The notes beneath the pieces are model-generated. The model did not search any database, was not told the DNA's origin, and was given only the letters and a program-made list of their open reading frames with translations. This document shows positions 8,826 through 17,693 of a stretch of 46,259 nt of DNA, one piece after another. Numbering within the stretch: the stretch's first letter is position 1; the number at the start of each line of letters is the position of its first letter. The stretch is from a virus (Duplodnaviria; Caudoviricetes): positions 1 to 46,259 of IMG/VR virus record IMGVR_UViG_3300012942_000013, one strand, 5' to 3'. The position numbers were made by a program, and so were the translations under genes.

Positions 8826-10196
8826 TCATGCCCCTTCGTAGAGGTTCGTGACGTTCAGCCCCGTGGCGCCCGAAAGGCGGGGTGCGGCGCCGACCCCCGG
8901 TTCGCCGGCGATGTTTTCCCAGTTGATCTGGCCCAGAAGAATGTCTTCGGGGTCGATGATGTCGTGGGTGCCTTCGCACGACTCGCAGGACATCAGGCCG
9001 ATCACGAGCGGGAAGCGGCAGTGTTCGCCATCGCCGACCGCTTCGATGTGGGCGGTCTTCATCTGCTCCGAGGAAAGCATCCCGATGAACGCCCCGTGCT
9101 GTGCCTGGTTGGAGAGTTCGGGGCCGGAGCCCTCGTTCTTCAGGCCGACCACGACCAGGCCGGTGTTGCCGTAGATGTTGGCGATCCGGTTCGCCTGGAC
9201 GTGTTCGGTGACGACGATGCCGGTGTGATGGCCGTAGCTCGTGTAGAGGCCGATGTTGCAGTCGTCGTTGTTGCCAGTCAGCGGCATGTAGAGGCCGATG
9301 CCGAGTTCGTTGGTGGGGAGGCTTTCGCCCATCTCGGCGACGGTGGCGCGGGCGAGACAGGCCAGGGTGCCGACGTTGCAGGCGGCGAGCTGCCGCGCGT
9401 CGACCCCGATCACGACCGGGTTCCTCTGCTGGCGGATCGTGATCCCGTCGAGGACCAGGAGCATGTTCGAGAAGGAGACGGTGCCCGAGGGGTCGTCGAA
9501 CTTGGTCGGACCGCCGATCACGCTCGGGACGCCCCAGGAACCCGAGCTCCCCTCGGTCAGCATGCAGTCTAGGACGGTCCCCGAGCCCTGGACGACCCCC
9601 TGATGGAAGTGCGGCCCCGCGGTCGCGTCGCCGACGCCTTTGAGGAGGAGGGTGAACTTCTGGTCGGTCTCGGGAGAGATCACCGGGAGGGGGATCTGCG
9701 CGTTGCCTTCCGTGTCGCCGCCTTCGACCGGATCGCGTTCGAGGAAGTAGGTTCTGGCCCCGAAGTGGATCTCGCCGTAGTTGGAGCCGTTTTCCTGACC
9801 TTCTTCGACGACCTTGGCGATCGCTTCGGCGATCGCCTCGGCATCGTCGTGGCCTTCTTCGGACTTGGCGCCGAATTCCTCCGGGGTGGCGGCCGCGACG
9901 CCGAGCGCCTTGCGGACCGCGACGATCGTGCCACCGCTCCCCGATTCTTCCTTCGCCACCGGGATGAGGAGTGAGAGATAGCGGCGCGCCCCACCCACTT
10001 CGGCCGTCGCGGCGTAGGTGACGCCTTCGGTGAGGCCATTGAAGGTCACCTTGTCGGAGGCGACCGTTCCTTCAGTGGTCTTCGCGCCGATCGGCGTCCC
10101 GCTCGGCTGACCATCGGGCCAGTTCGAGGCGGGGTAGACCGAGACAGTCGTCCCCGTGGGGAAGACGCTCGGTCGTTCGAGGGTGAAGCTAGCCAT
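8826..10196 (-). CDS. Spike-like protein: Ig-like N-domain + parallel beta-helix (pectate-lyase-like)
   Basis: FGAKSEEGHDDAEAIAEAI...GEIHFGARTY is the typical beta-helix tailspike entry motif. Confidence 0.65.
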   Translation of the reverse strand: MASFTLERPSVFPTGTTVSVYPASNWPDGQPSGTPIGAKTTEGTVASDKVTFNGLTEGVTYAATAEVGGARRYLSLLIPVAKEESGSGGTIVAVRKALGVAAATPEEFGAKSEEGHDDAEAIAEAIAKVVEEGQENGSNYGEIHFGARTYFLERDPVEGGDTEGNAQIPLPVISPETDQKFTLLLKGVGDATAGPHFHQGVVQGSGTVLDCMLTEGSSGSWGVPSVIGGPTKFDDPSGTVSFSNMLLVLDGITIRQQRNPVVIGVDARQLAACNVGTLACLARATVAEMGESLPTNELGIGLYMPLTGNNDDCNIGLYTSYGHHTGIVVTEHVQANRIANIYGNTGLVVVGLKNEGSGPELSNQAQHGAFIGMLSSEQMKTAHIEAVGDGEHCRFPLVIGLMSCESCEGTHDIIDPEDILLGQINWENIAGEPGVGAAPRLSGATGLNVTNLYEGA

Positions 10197-10533
10197 CGGC
10201 CTTCACCGAGAACTGCACGTAGGTCCACCGCCCGTCGTCGCCGGTCTCGGAGGCAGCGACGTAGGTCCCGGGCTCGAGACCCGCGACCGCGACCGAGCCG
10301 TCCTTCGCGACCTTGACCGTCTTCGTCGCCTTCGGGAACGGCGCCTGACCTGCGGCGCGCTCGACATCGACTTCGTTCGCCGGCCAGAAGCCGACCTCGG
10401 TGCCTGGCGCGAAGCGGCCGTTGGCGACGAAGGCCTGCGGGAACTGCGACGACTTCGTCGCGGTCGATTTGCGACTGCGGGATTTCGACGTCGCCTTGGT
10501 CGATTTCACCTTCGGTTTCGCTTTGGTCGCCAT
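10189..10533 (-). CDS. Small virion protein, Lys/Ser-rich N-tail + Ig-like domain
   Basis: MATKAKPKVKSTK... then FAPGTEVG...GSVAVAGLEPGTYVA paralogous domain. Confidence 0.65.
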   Translation of the reverse strand: MATKAKPKVKSTKATSKSRSRKSTATKSSQFPQAFVANGRFAPGTEVGFWPANEVDVERAAGQAPFPKATKTVKVAKDGSVAVAGLEPGTYVAASETGDDGRWTYVQFSVKADG

Positions 10534-10538
10534 CTGGA

Positions 10539-12485
10539 TCACGCTCCTACGGGTTGCTGCGCCTGAGGCGCCTGTTCTTCTGCCGGTGCTTCCGGTCCCT
10601 GCTGTTCAGGCTGAGGCGGCTGACCGGAGCCGCCGGAGGCTTCGACGTGACCATGGGCCGCCTGCGCGATCTGTTCGATCTGCTCGGGCGGCACACCCGC
10701 TTCCTGCATCGCCTGCGTGAAGCCGTTGGCCACTCCGGTCGCGACGTCACCCGGTTCAGGGCCTTTCTTGACCCACTGCGATTTGTCTTCGACTTCGTGC
10801 TGGTCGAGGACGTAGTCGACGTAGGCCTGCGGATTGACCGACTGCATGACCGGGATCAGGGTCTGGCCCAGTTCCATCGCGTCGTGCTTCTTCTGGGCTG
10901 GATCGTCGGGTTCGGTCGACGAGTCGATCGGGACGATTTCGAAGTTGAGCGCCCAGGCCGTGTCGGGCATGTCGATATGACGGAAGCCGGTCTCGGCGGT
11001 CGGGTCCTGGACAGTCACCTGTTCAGTGCCGGGTTCGCTCTTGCCGGCGGAGTACTGCTCCTTCAGGGCCTTGCGCTTGGCGGTCTGTGGGACAAGAAGG
11101 TCGACATGGAGATTCTTCGACTTCAGCTTCATCCGATACATGGCGGCCTGCTGGACGATCTGCGTGCCGGTCGCGGTTTCCTCGCCGCCGGTGCCGACGA
11201 CCGATTCGGAGATCCCGGCCGCAAGCTCGATGTCGGCCTTGATCGCCGCCTCCTCCTGGTAGCCGGAGTTCGGCACTTCGCGGAACGGCATCGGATAGAG
11301 GACGTCGTTGGGCGCCATGTTGGTCGGCACGAAGACACCGGCTCCGGTGACCACGTCTTTCGGGTTGATGGCGCCGCGCTGGTAGAAGTAGCCGCCGTTC
11401 AGCGCCATGTTGGCCTGGTCGCGCCGCTGGCCGCGGAGGGTGCTGAGCTCCCAGATCAGGTGGCTGATCGGCTCGATCTCGCCGATGCCGCAGAACTCCT
11501 GCTCGATGATCGTCGGCCGATAGATGTCGAAGGGCGTGTCGCCGTGGAGGAACGGGTTGGCGGCTTCCTGGACAAGGATCCCGTCGCTGCCGCCGAGCAC
11601 CGTGAAGACCTGTTCGCGGTCATGCACCTCCCAGACCTCGAAGACCTCCTCGGTGTCCTGGTATCCCGACGCCCCCGCCGCCTCCCAGCGCACCTGCCAA
11701 CCTTCGCTGCGGTTCTTCTGGCTCCGCAGTTTCTTGACCGCCTCGAGGTCGAGTTCGAGCCAGCCGCCTTCTTTGCCTTCCGCGCGGAGCCGTTTGCCCT
11801 CTTCGACTTTGGCGGCGACGTAATCGAGATCCCGCCACGTGCGGTGGACGAAGTAGCGGCCGGTCGCCATGTCGCGGGCGAGCGGGTCCCAGAGGAAGTC
11901 GAAGATGTCGAGCGATTCCGACTGGCAACCTTCGTACACGACGACATCGCCGTCGTCTACTTCGTAGCCTTCGCCCACCGGTTTCGGCTTCGCGACCTTG
12001 CCCTTGCGCGTCTTGCACTCCTGGAAGGTCTTGTGCACGCCGAGGCCATAGCGGAGACCAGAGCGCACCGTTTCCTGGAGACGGCGCTCGAAGTGCGTTT
12101 CGGCATCTTCCTGTTCGAACTTCGCCGCCGCCGGCGCCAGGACTTCCTGGACTTCCGACGAGAGTTCGCCCGGGCGCGCGCGGTAGCGCGGGGTCTGGGA
12201 GATGATCCGCGGCACGTTGGTCTCCATGACCGCGAAGCCGTACGGGATGAAGAGCGGTTCGCCCCACTGCCGCTTGATCTCGTCGATGACGATGTCGCGG
12301 TCCGGCTTGGAGTTCGCCTGCTGGTAGGCATCGGACCAGCGCCGGTAGTTGCGGCTCAGGCCGTACCAGGTGGCCCAGCGCGGTTCGAGCAGCTTGTGCA
12401 GCGCATCGGCCGCCCGAAACCGATGGAAGATCTTCTGCAGCGTCTGCTGCTGCTGGGGCGTGAGGTCGTCCCGGGAGGCGATCAA
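10539..12485 (-). CDS. Portal protein (P22-like)
   Basis: 648 aa; GLRYGLGVHK, DIFDFLWDPLA, EVWE, ANPFLHG..PF, GIGEIEPI, ETATG motifs; downstream of terL. Confidence 0.9.
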   Translation of the reverse strand: MIASRDDLTPQQQQTLQKIFHRFRAADALHKLLEPRWATWYGLSRNYRRWSDAYQQANSKPDRDIVIDEIKRQWGEPLFIPYGFAVMETNVPRIISQTPRYRARPGELSSEVQEVLAPAAAKFEQEDAETHFERRLQETVRSGLRYGLGVHKTFQECKTRKGKVAKPKPVGEGYEVDDGDVVVYEGCQSESLDIFDFLWDPLARDMATGRYFVHRTWRDLDYVAAKVEEGKRLRAEGKEGGWLELDLEAVKKLRSQKNRSEGWQVRWEAAGASGYQDTEEVFEVWEVHDREQVFTVLGGSDGILVQEAANPFLHGDTPFDIYRPTIIEQEFCGIGEIEPISHLIWELSTLRGQRRDQANMALNGGYFYQRGAINPKDVVTGAGVFVPTNMAPNDVLYPMPFREVPNSGYQEEAAIKADIELAAGISESVVGTGGEETATGTQIVQQAAMYRMKLKSKNLHVDLLVPQTAKRKALKEQYSAGKSEPGTEQVTVQDPTAETGFRHIDMPDTAWALNFEIVPIDSSTEPDDPAQKKHDAMELGQTLIPVMQSVNPQAYVDYVLDQHEVEDKSQWVKKGPEPGDVATGVANGFTQAMQEAGVPPEQIEQIAQAAHGHVEASGGSGQPPQPEQQGPEAPAEEQAPQAQQPVGA

Positions 12486-12491
12486 GGCGGA

Positions 12492-12938
12492 TCAGCCCGT
12501 GGCCGCTACAGGCTCTGCTGGCTCGGACGTCTGCTCGAGCGGTTCGGTCGACCCCGCCTCGGGGCCCTCGTACTCCGTGGGCGGCCGGTCGAAGTCCTCG
12601 ACAGGGATGCCGCGGACGTCGGCGATCGGCTTGATGCGCGCCATCTTGGCGTCGCGGGTCTCGTAGAAGATCGTCAGCCCAAGCGTCACGTATTCGCCCG
12701 GGTCGTCCTTGCCGACCGGCTGGCCGTCGGGCCCGATGCGCTCACGCAGCGTCGCCATCTCCATCTGGCCGCCGCGCATGGTCAGGTAGCGCAGGGCGTC
12801 CGTGACGGCGATGATCGTGGGCGCGTCGAAGCGGTCGGCCAGCGCGAGGGCCGCCCGGTGCGCCGCCTCGTCACCAGGTTCGTAGCCCTCCTGCTGGTTC
12901 AGCGGGAAGATGAGGTCGGCGACTTTGTACTGGGCCAT
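12492..12938 (-). CDS. Hypothetical protein
   Basis: AAAAGGCGGAG SD, TGATG coupling. Confidence 0.65.
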   Translation of the reverse strand: MAQYKVADLIFPLNQQEGYEPGDEAAHRAALALADRFDAPTIIAVTDALRYLTMRGGQMEMATLRERIGPDGQPVGKDDPGEYVTLGLTIFYETRDAKMARIKPIADVRGIPVEDFDRPPTEYEGPEAGSTEPLEQTSEPAEPVAATG

Positions 12939-13204
12939 CAGATCTCCGCCTTTTCGTCGCGGCGATAGCCCTTGAGTCGGTCGTAGAGCCAGCACCGGAC
13001 GCGGATGCTTCGCGAGTAGGAGCGGCCGAAGGAGCGTGGGTCGAACGTGCGGCCGTAGCCGATGTACGGATTCATGAAGCGATAAGTGCCACGCGGCGTC
13101 ATCTCGTAGCCGGAGAAGCCAAGACCGGCCGAGATGAACAACGAGCCGCGCTTCTCGCCGGTGTAGAGAACGATGCCTTCGCCGGGTTCGTAGTCGATCC
13201 TCAT
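12938..13204 (-). CDS. Hypothetical protein (MRIDYEPGEG...)
   Basis: GGAGG SD, TGATG coupling on both sides. Confidence 0.6.
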   Translation of the reverse strand: MRIDYEPGEGIVLYTGEKRGSLFISAGLGFSGYEMTPRGTYRFMNPYIGYGRTFDPRSFGRSYSRSIRVRCWLYDRLKGYRRDEKAEI

Positions 13205-13458
13205 CAGTTGCCTCCCCGGGCGAAGTGGGCGTCGCGCTCGGGATCTGGTGACTGCCCGGCGAAGACCGACCGCGCGTGGTCGCTGATGACGTCCTGCATG
13301 TCGCCCTCGTGCTCGGCGGCGCATTTCCTGACGTGGCGCAGGAACTCGCGGGTGTAGACGGCGTCGCACTGGAAGCCGCACAGGTGGCACTCGTTGCGCT
13401 GCTCGAGCGAGTTGACCGGCGCGGTGGCGAGATGGGACGGCAGGATCAGTCCAGGCAC
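13204..13458 (-). CDS. Small Zn-finger-like protein
   Basis: CHLC...HVRKC; GTG start 7 nt after promoter motif. Confidence 0.65.
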   Translation of the reverse strand: MPGLILPSHLATAPVNSLEQRNECHLCGFQCDAVYTREFLRHVRKCAAEHEGDMQDVISDHARSVFAGQSPDPERDAHFARGGN

Positions 13459-13465
13459 GCGAGGT

Positions 13466-13487
13466 AGTGTCGCGAGATCACCGGACA
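13466..13487 (-). promoter_or_regulatory. Late-type promoter motif TGTCCG-N10-GACACT
   Basis: Between terL stop and next gene; identical core to 22924-22945 and nearly to 38692-38713. Confidence 0.7.
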
Positions 13488-13489
13488 CT

Positions 13490-15331
13490 TCAGCGCCGCG
13501 AACCGAAGCCGACGACCTGCGACCCCGCGATGAAGCCGGATTCGATCGGCCCGCTCGAGGCCGCGGCGCCCATCAACGGGCTCAGCCGTGCGACCTCCTG
13601 GGCGATCATGTAGGCCATCAGCAGGTCGTCGTACTTGCCGTGCTCGGCCTCGGTCGTGCCCTTCTCGGTGCGGGTGTAGGTGCGGACCTCACCGGCCAGC
13701 AGGCGGCTCTTGATGCCGTCCTCCTCGATCCGCAGCAGCTCGCCGAAGCCCGAGAGTAGGAGCGGCTTGGTGCGGACGTTGGTGTCCCAGCCGAGCCGAT
13801 GCTCGACCCGATCGTTGGTCGTGCCGGTCTTCCGCGAGCGGTAGAGGAACGGGTAGTGGTAGTCGTTGTAGAGGATCGAGTTCGGCGCGCCGCCCCAGCC
13901 GCCGGTGCGCTCGATCGCCACCAGGGCGTTGTTGAAGTACAGGGCCCCGAGCAGGATCTGCATCACCAGCAGCCGCGGTTCGACCCGGCTCCGGTACTCG
14001 GCGACCTGCTCTTTCGTGCGGTGGTCGATGACCTCGATCGCGTGGTAGTCGGGCTCCTGCGTCGTGTCGGTGCGGCCGCCCGAGACGTCGACTCCCATCA
14101 CGTACTCCGACTCGCGCAGCAGATCCCCTGAGCCGTCCTCGGGTAGCCACAGGCGCCACGGGGCGTCCGTGTTGAGGATTCCGGGCATGCGCCGCTCCAC
14201 TCGCGCTCCCTGCGGAACTTCGATCGTGCCGCTGAGGGTCGGCTCCTCGCGCAGTTCGGTCGGCCGCAGGTCGACGATCGCCGGGCCCGGGTTCTCGAGC
14301 GTCGGCGTCTTCGGATCGGTGAGCTCGGTCTTCACCAGCAGCTGCGCCGTGCGGTAGGCGTCGAAGACCTTCTGGCCCGAGGTGATGAACGCCTCTTCGG
14401 GCGTGGAGGGCATCTCCTGGTGGAATTTCCGCACGTCGCCGCCGAAGTTGTTGGCGATCTGGTGGCGGCGCCAGAGCAGCTGCTCGATCGTCAGTTCGTG
14501 GGCCGTGACGAGGTCGACCTCTTCCTCGGCGTAGGGGTTGTTCGGGTCGCCGACGATGAACCGTTCGCGCTCGTTGTCGTTGGCGAAGGCCCGGATGTAT
14601 TCGGGCTCTTTCCACCAGGGCCAGAAGAAGGCGATCCACTCCGAGCGGCCTTCCTCGGCCTCCAGCCACCAGTCGCGGAATTCGTTGAAGCCGTTGGCCG
14701 TCGACTCCTGGATGAACATCGTCTCGGGGTCTTCCGGCACGGCGCTCGTCAGCGCGGAGAGCTTCTCGTTGATCCGCGCCCAGAAGGCCACCTCCGACGC
14801 ATGGATGCCGCGGTAGGTGCCCCCTCGACCGGCATTGAATTCGCCCGCCGTGTCGACGACGTAGCGGCTGTCGGGGAAGACGTCGCCCTGCTGCCAGAGG
14901 CCGTCGCCGGCGAAGTGCAGGAACTGCTGGCGGCGGTGCTGACTCACCTTCGGTTTCAGCTCGTCGTCGTTCGGCAGACCGGCGTAGATGGTCTCCGCCA
15001 TCCGGTAGAGCTTGCCGCCGGTTTCCTTGTCGTGGGCGACCGTGGCGGCATCCCAGCGCTCCCGCAGGGTGCACCGATGCATGATCTTCGCCTGGATCAT
15101 GGTCGAGAAGCCCACCTGGCGCGCCTTCAGGACGATGGCCCTCATCGGCAGACCGGCGGCGCGCTGCGCCTCCAGCTTCTCGTCGAGCGCACGCTGCCCC
15201 GGTTTCAGGACGAACGGGATTTTGCGCCCCTGCTTGTCGACGATCTTGGCGACCTTTTCGGCCCAGTACGGGAAGTCCTCGTGGAGGCGGCGCCGTACTT
15301 CCTCGTCGCCGGTCATCTGCGTCTGGGTCAC
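13490..15331 (-). CDS. terL: Terminase large subunit (613 aa)
   Basis: Walker A LKARQVGFST, Walker B IHASEVA, coupling ESTANG, nuclease YVMGVDVSGG and HGKYDDLLMA; GTG start 6 nt after promoter motif. Confidence 0.95.
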   Translation of the reverse strand: MTQTQMTGDEEVRRRLHEDFPYWAEKVAKIVDKQGRKIPFVLKPGQRALDEKLEAQRAAGLPMRAIVLKARQVGFSTMIQAKIMHRCTLRERWDAATVAHDKETGGKLYRMAETIYAGLPNDDELKPKVSQHRRQQFLHFAGDGLWQQGDVFPDSRYVVDTAGEFNAGRGGTYRGIHASEVAFWARINEKLSALTSAVPEDPETMFIQESTANGFNEFRDWWLEAEEGRSEWIAFFWPWWKEPEYIRAFANDNERERFIVGDPNNPYAEEEVDLVTAHELTIEQLLWRRHQIANNFGGDVRKFHQEMPSTPEEAFITSGQKVFDAYRTAQLLVKTELTDPKTPTLENPGPAIVDLRPTELREEPTLSGTIEVPQGARVERRMPGILNTDAPWRLWLPEDGSGDLLRESEYVMGVDVSGGRTDTTQEPDYHAIEVIDHRTKEQVAEYRSRVEPRLLVMQILLGALYFNNALVAIERTGGWGGAPNSILYNDYHYPFLYRSRKTGTTNDRVEHRLGWDTNVRTKPLLLSGFGELLRIEEDGIKSRLLAGEVRTYTRTEKGTTEAEHGKYDDLLMAYMIAQEVARLSPLMGAAASSGPIESGFIAGSQVVGFGSRR

Positions 15332-15337
15332 GCCGGG

Positions 15338-15361
15338 AGTGTCCTGTGTAGGGCGGACACT
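15338..15361. promoter_or_regulatory. Symmetric bidirectional promoter motif
   Basis: GAGTGTCC..GGACACTC inverted repeat; a GACACT lies 6 nt before a start codon on each strand. Confidence 0.65.
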
Positions 15362-15367
15362 CGGCCC

Positions 15368-15508
15368 ATGAAGGTGCTCGCGACCGCCGCGGCAATCGTC
15401 GCCCTGATCGCCCCGGCGCACCACCGCCATCTGCCCTGCCACGGCTTCGTGGTGCGGGATGGCGGCGGCCTGACCGTCTGCCCCGGGATGCGCCCGAAGG
15501 ACCGCTGA
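15368..15508 (+). CDS. 46-aa peptide with hydrophobic N-terminus (MKVLATAAAIVALIAPAHHRH...)
   Basis: Leaderless ATG 6 nt after GACACT; signal-like N-terminus, two Cys; ends at hairpin. Confidence 0.5.
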   Translation: MKVLATAAAIVALIAPAHHRHLPCHGFVVRDGGGLTVCPGMRPKDR

Positions 15509-15510
15509 AC

Positions 15511-15546
15511 GAAAAGAGGGTGTCCGGTCTGACCGGGACACCCTCT
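15511..15546 (-). terminator. Intrinsic terminator (possibly bidirectional)
   Basis: AGAGGGTGTCC/GGACACCCTCT 11-bp stem with short U tract on minus strand. Confidence 0.75.
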
Positions 15547-15576
15547 ACCTTCGGCACCGTGACGATTAGAAGGAGG
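15511..15576 (-). ncRNA. Candidate small RNA (about 65 nt)
   Basis: Promoter motif TGTCAG-N10-TACACT at 15581-15602 directly upstream, terminator directly downstream, no complete ORF within. Confidence 0.45.
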
Positions 15577-15839
15577 CCTCAGTGTAGTCGGCGCCGCTGA
15601 CAACGCCCCGCGAACGGCGTCGGGCGTGAGACCCGGCCTGCCAAGGGCAAGGCACTCCCGTTATCGGAGAGGCATAGCGCGGCCGAGGTTCGGTGACCTG
15701 GCGCCCCTATTCCGAGAAGGAGTTCTCAGGTCGCCCGGCACGCACCGCCGATCCGTTCAGGGAGCCACATCGCAACCTCGCGATCCCGCGGATACGGCCC
15801 CCGAGTGGGGATGCCCGGGAAAGGGTCAGTGCTGCACGG

Positions 15840-16205
15840 CTAGTGGTTGCCGACCCGTTCGCCGCGGTGGTTGAAGCAGCCGAAGGGCATGAACCAGAAG
15901 TTGACGTAGGCACTCCCTGGTTCCTTGACGGCGAGAGCATGGAACCGGCACTCCCGCCAGTTGCCATCGTGTTCCAGTTCCTCGATCGCCTTGCAGCGGA
16001 CCTTCTGACCGCGGCCGACCTTGTAGCAGTGCCAGACGTCCCACCCCACGCAGTGTGAGCCGGTGTGCTCGTGGCAGTCGCGCTCCACCTTCCGTTCGAG
16101 CTGTTCGACCGCCCAGACACCCTCGATCTGACCGGCGGCCGCCACGGTGGGCGCGAGGAGCGCCGTCAGGACCACGGGGAGCAGCAACAACGCGAGCCTT
16201 CGCAA
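15840..16205 (-). CDS. Secreted Cys-rich protein
   Basis: GAGGAGG SD, signal peptide MRRLALLLLPVVLTALLAPTVAAA, six Cys. Confidence 0.75.
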   Translation of the reverse strand: MRRLALLLLPVVLTALLAPTVAAAGQIEGVWAVEQLERKVERDCHEHTGSHCVGWDVWHCYKVGRGQKVRCKAIEELEHDGNWRECRFHALAVKEPGSAYVNFWFMPFGCFNHRGERVGNH

Positions 16206-16246
16206 CAGGACCTCCTCGGACGCTTACGTGACGCAGACCCAACGGT

Positions 16247-16642
16247 CTAGGAGGATCGTTCCTTTCGCCGCCGCAGTTCGGCTTTCGCCAGCGATTCGGC
16301 GTTGCGCAGTGGCATCGTCCGTCTGAACTGCGCGAGGAGTTCTTGATATTCGCCATCCTCGCGAGGAATTTCGGCGTCGGGCCCCAGATTGCCTGGTTCC
16401 GACCTCACCGCCTCGATCGAGGTCGAAGAATCGGAACCGCGCCGCCGTGGCCTCGAGGAGCCCACCGGGTCGATGCAGCACCGATGACGGATGAATGCCG
16501 ACAGGCTCATGCCGTCGGCGTCGGCCCTGGCCTGGGCGGCCTCCATCTCTGCGGGCGAGACCCGCAGTTTCAGCCACTCCGTTCGCCGGAGAGCCGCTGG
16601 TTTGCGCGGTCGGCCACCTCTGGTCGTCTCTGCGGTAGGCAC
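16247..16642 (-). CDS. Ribbon-helix-helix (MobC/NikA-like) DNA-binding protein
   Basis: RTEWLKLRVSPAEMEAAQARADADGMSLSAFIR; GTG 7 nt after CCTCCG-N10-TAGCAT. Confidence 0.75.
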   Translation of the reverse strand: MPTAETTRGGRPRKPAALRRTEWLKLRVSPAEMEAAQARADADGMSLSAFIRHRCCIDPVGSSRPRRRGSDSSTSIEAVRSEPGNLGPDAEIPREDGEYQELLAQFRRTMPLRNAESLAKAELRRRKERSS

Positions 16643-17156
16643 GGCTCAGATGCTACGGGAGCGGCCGGAGGTTTCCGTGGGGACATCTGGAAAGTGCGTG
16701 GGTGGGGGCGGTAGGGAAGTTGGTCGCGGGTTCCCATTTTCGCCGCTGCGGGGTGCCGGGGGTGGTTTTTCGCTCAACCATGCGGCAGGGGGGGTGCGAT
16801 CCAACGATCGAGATTGGACATGACCACCCTCCCTACCCGCCTGCCATGCGGGATCTCCGACCGTCTGCACGCGGGATTGCTCGTGCGAGCGCTTGGCGTT
16901 GCACCAACGGTTCGATGGTCAACACGCAAGCGAATCGGTCAGACTCAACAGCTGCCTCCGCCTGGTCCGCCGTGACTTCGTCGCGTTCTCGCTGACGCTC
17001 GACGCGCCCGGCGGTCCTACCTACCGTTGCTGTGGGGATGGGTGCTACGTGGAACGGCACGGCGAGCATCGACCAGCTTCGCCTCGGTTGCGTCGGCGTA
17101 GGCGCGGAGAGCGGCCGAGTATCCGACGCGCGGTGCCTTGACGATGCGTGTCGCTT

Positions 17157-17693
17157 TCACGCTGCAACCGCTTCCGGCGCTGTGACCGTCTCAGGGGTCT
17201 TCGCTTCGCGCTCTTCCCTTGCCAGTCGCTGGATCGTCGTCTCCTTGACGGGTTTGGTCGGCGCGGAGCTCGGTCGATCGCCGATCGGCACCTGGTTCAG
17301 TCTCCGCTCGCCCGTCCGCAATCCACGGTGCTTCTCCCACTTGACCATCGAGTTCTGCATGTCGCGGACCACCATCCACCGTTGCTTGGTCATCGAGCCG
17401 CGTGGTTTGCCTTCGAAGGCCGTCACTTCCCGCGCCACCAAGGCGATGATCCGGTCGATCACCGAGTCGATCGTCTCCACCGTCTGATCGGGCTGATCCT
17501 TGGGCGGCCGCTCGCCGTGGATGTCCCTGTAGCGCTGGCAGTAGTTGCGCACCTGGCGACCGCTGATCTCGACCGGATAGCCGATCCCGCATTCGTCCTT
17601 GGCCAGCATCTCGGCGATCGTCTCGGTGGCCACGTACCGGAAGTGGAGGGCGCCGACCGCGTCCCTGACTCGTTCGCTGTCTGCCTTTCTCAT
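17157..17693 (-). CDS. Probable terminase small subunit (178 aa)
   Basis: N-terminal HTH-like (TETIAEML..ISGRQVRNY), helical middle; first late gene, ATG 6 nt after promoter motif at 17700-17721. Confidence 0.5.
   Translation of the reverse strand: MRKADSERVRDAVGALHFRYVATETIAEMLAKDECGIGYPVEISGRQVRNYCQRYRDIHGERPPKDQPDQTVETIDSVIDRIIALVAREVTAFEGKPRGSMTKQRWMVVRDMQNSMVKWEKHRGLRTGERRLNQVPIGDRPSSAPTKPVKETTIQRLAREEREAKTPETVTAPEAVAA

Noticed and set aside
13689-15557. 622-aa same-strand alternative frame in terL (also 32323..33627 in int)
   Set aside because: Arg/Pro/Gly-rich off-frame translation with no conserved motif, unlike the MTase second frame
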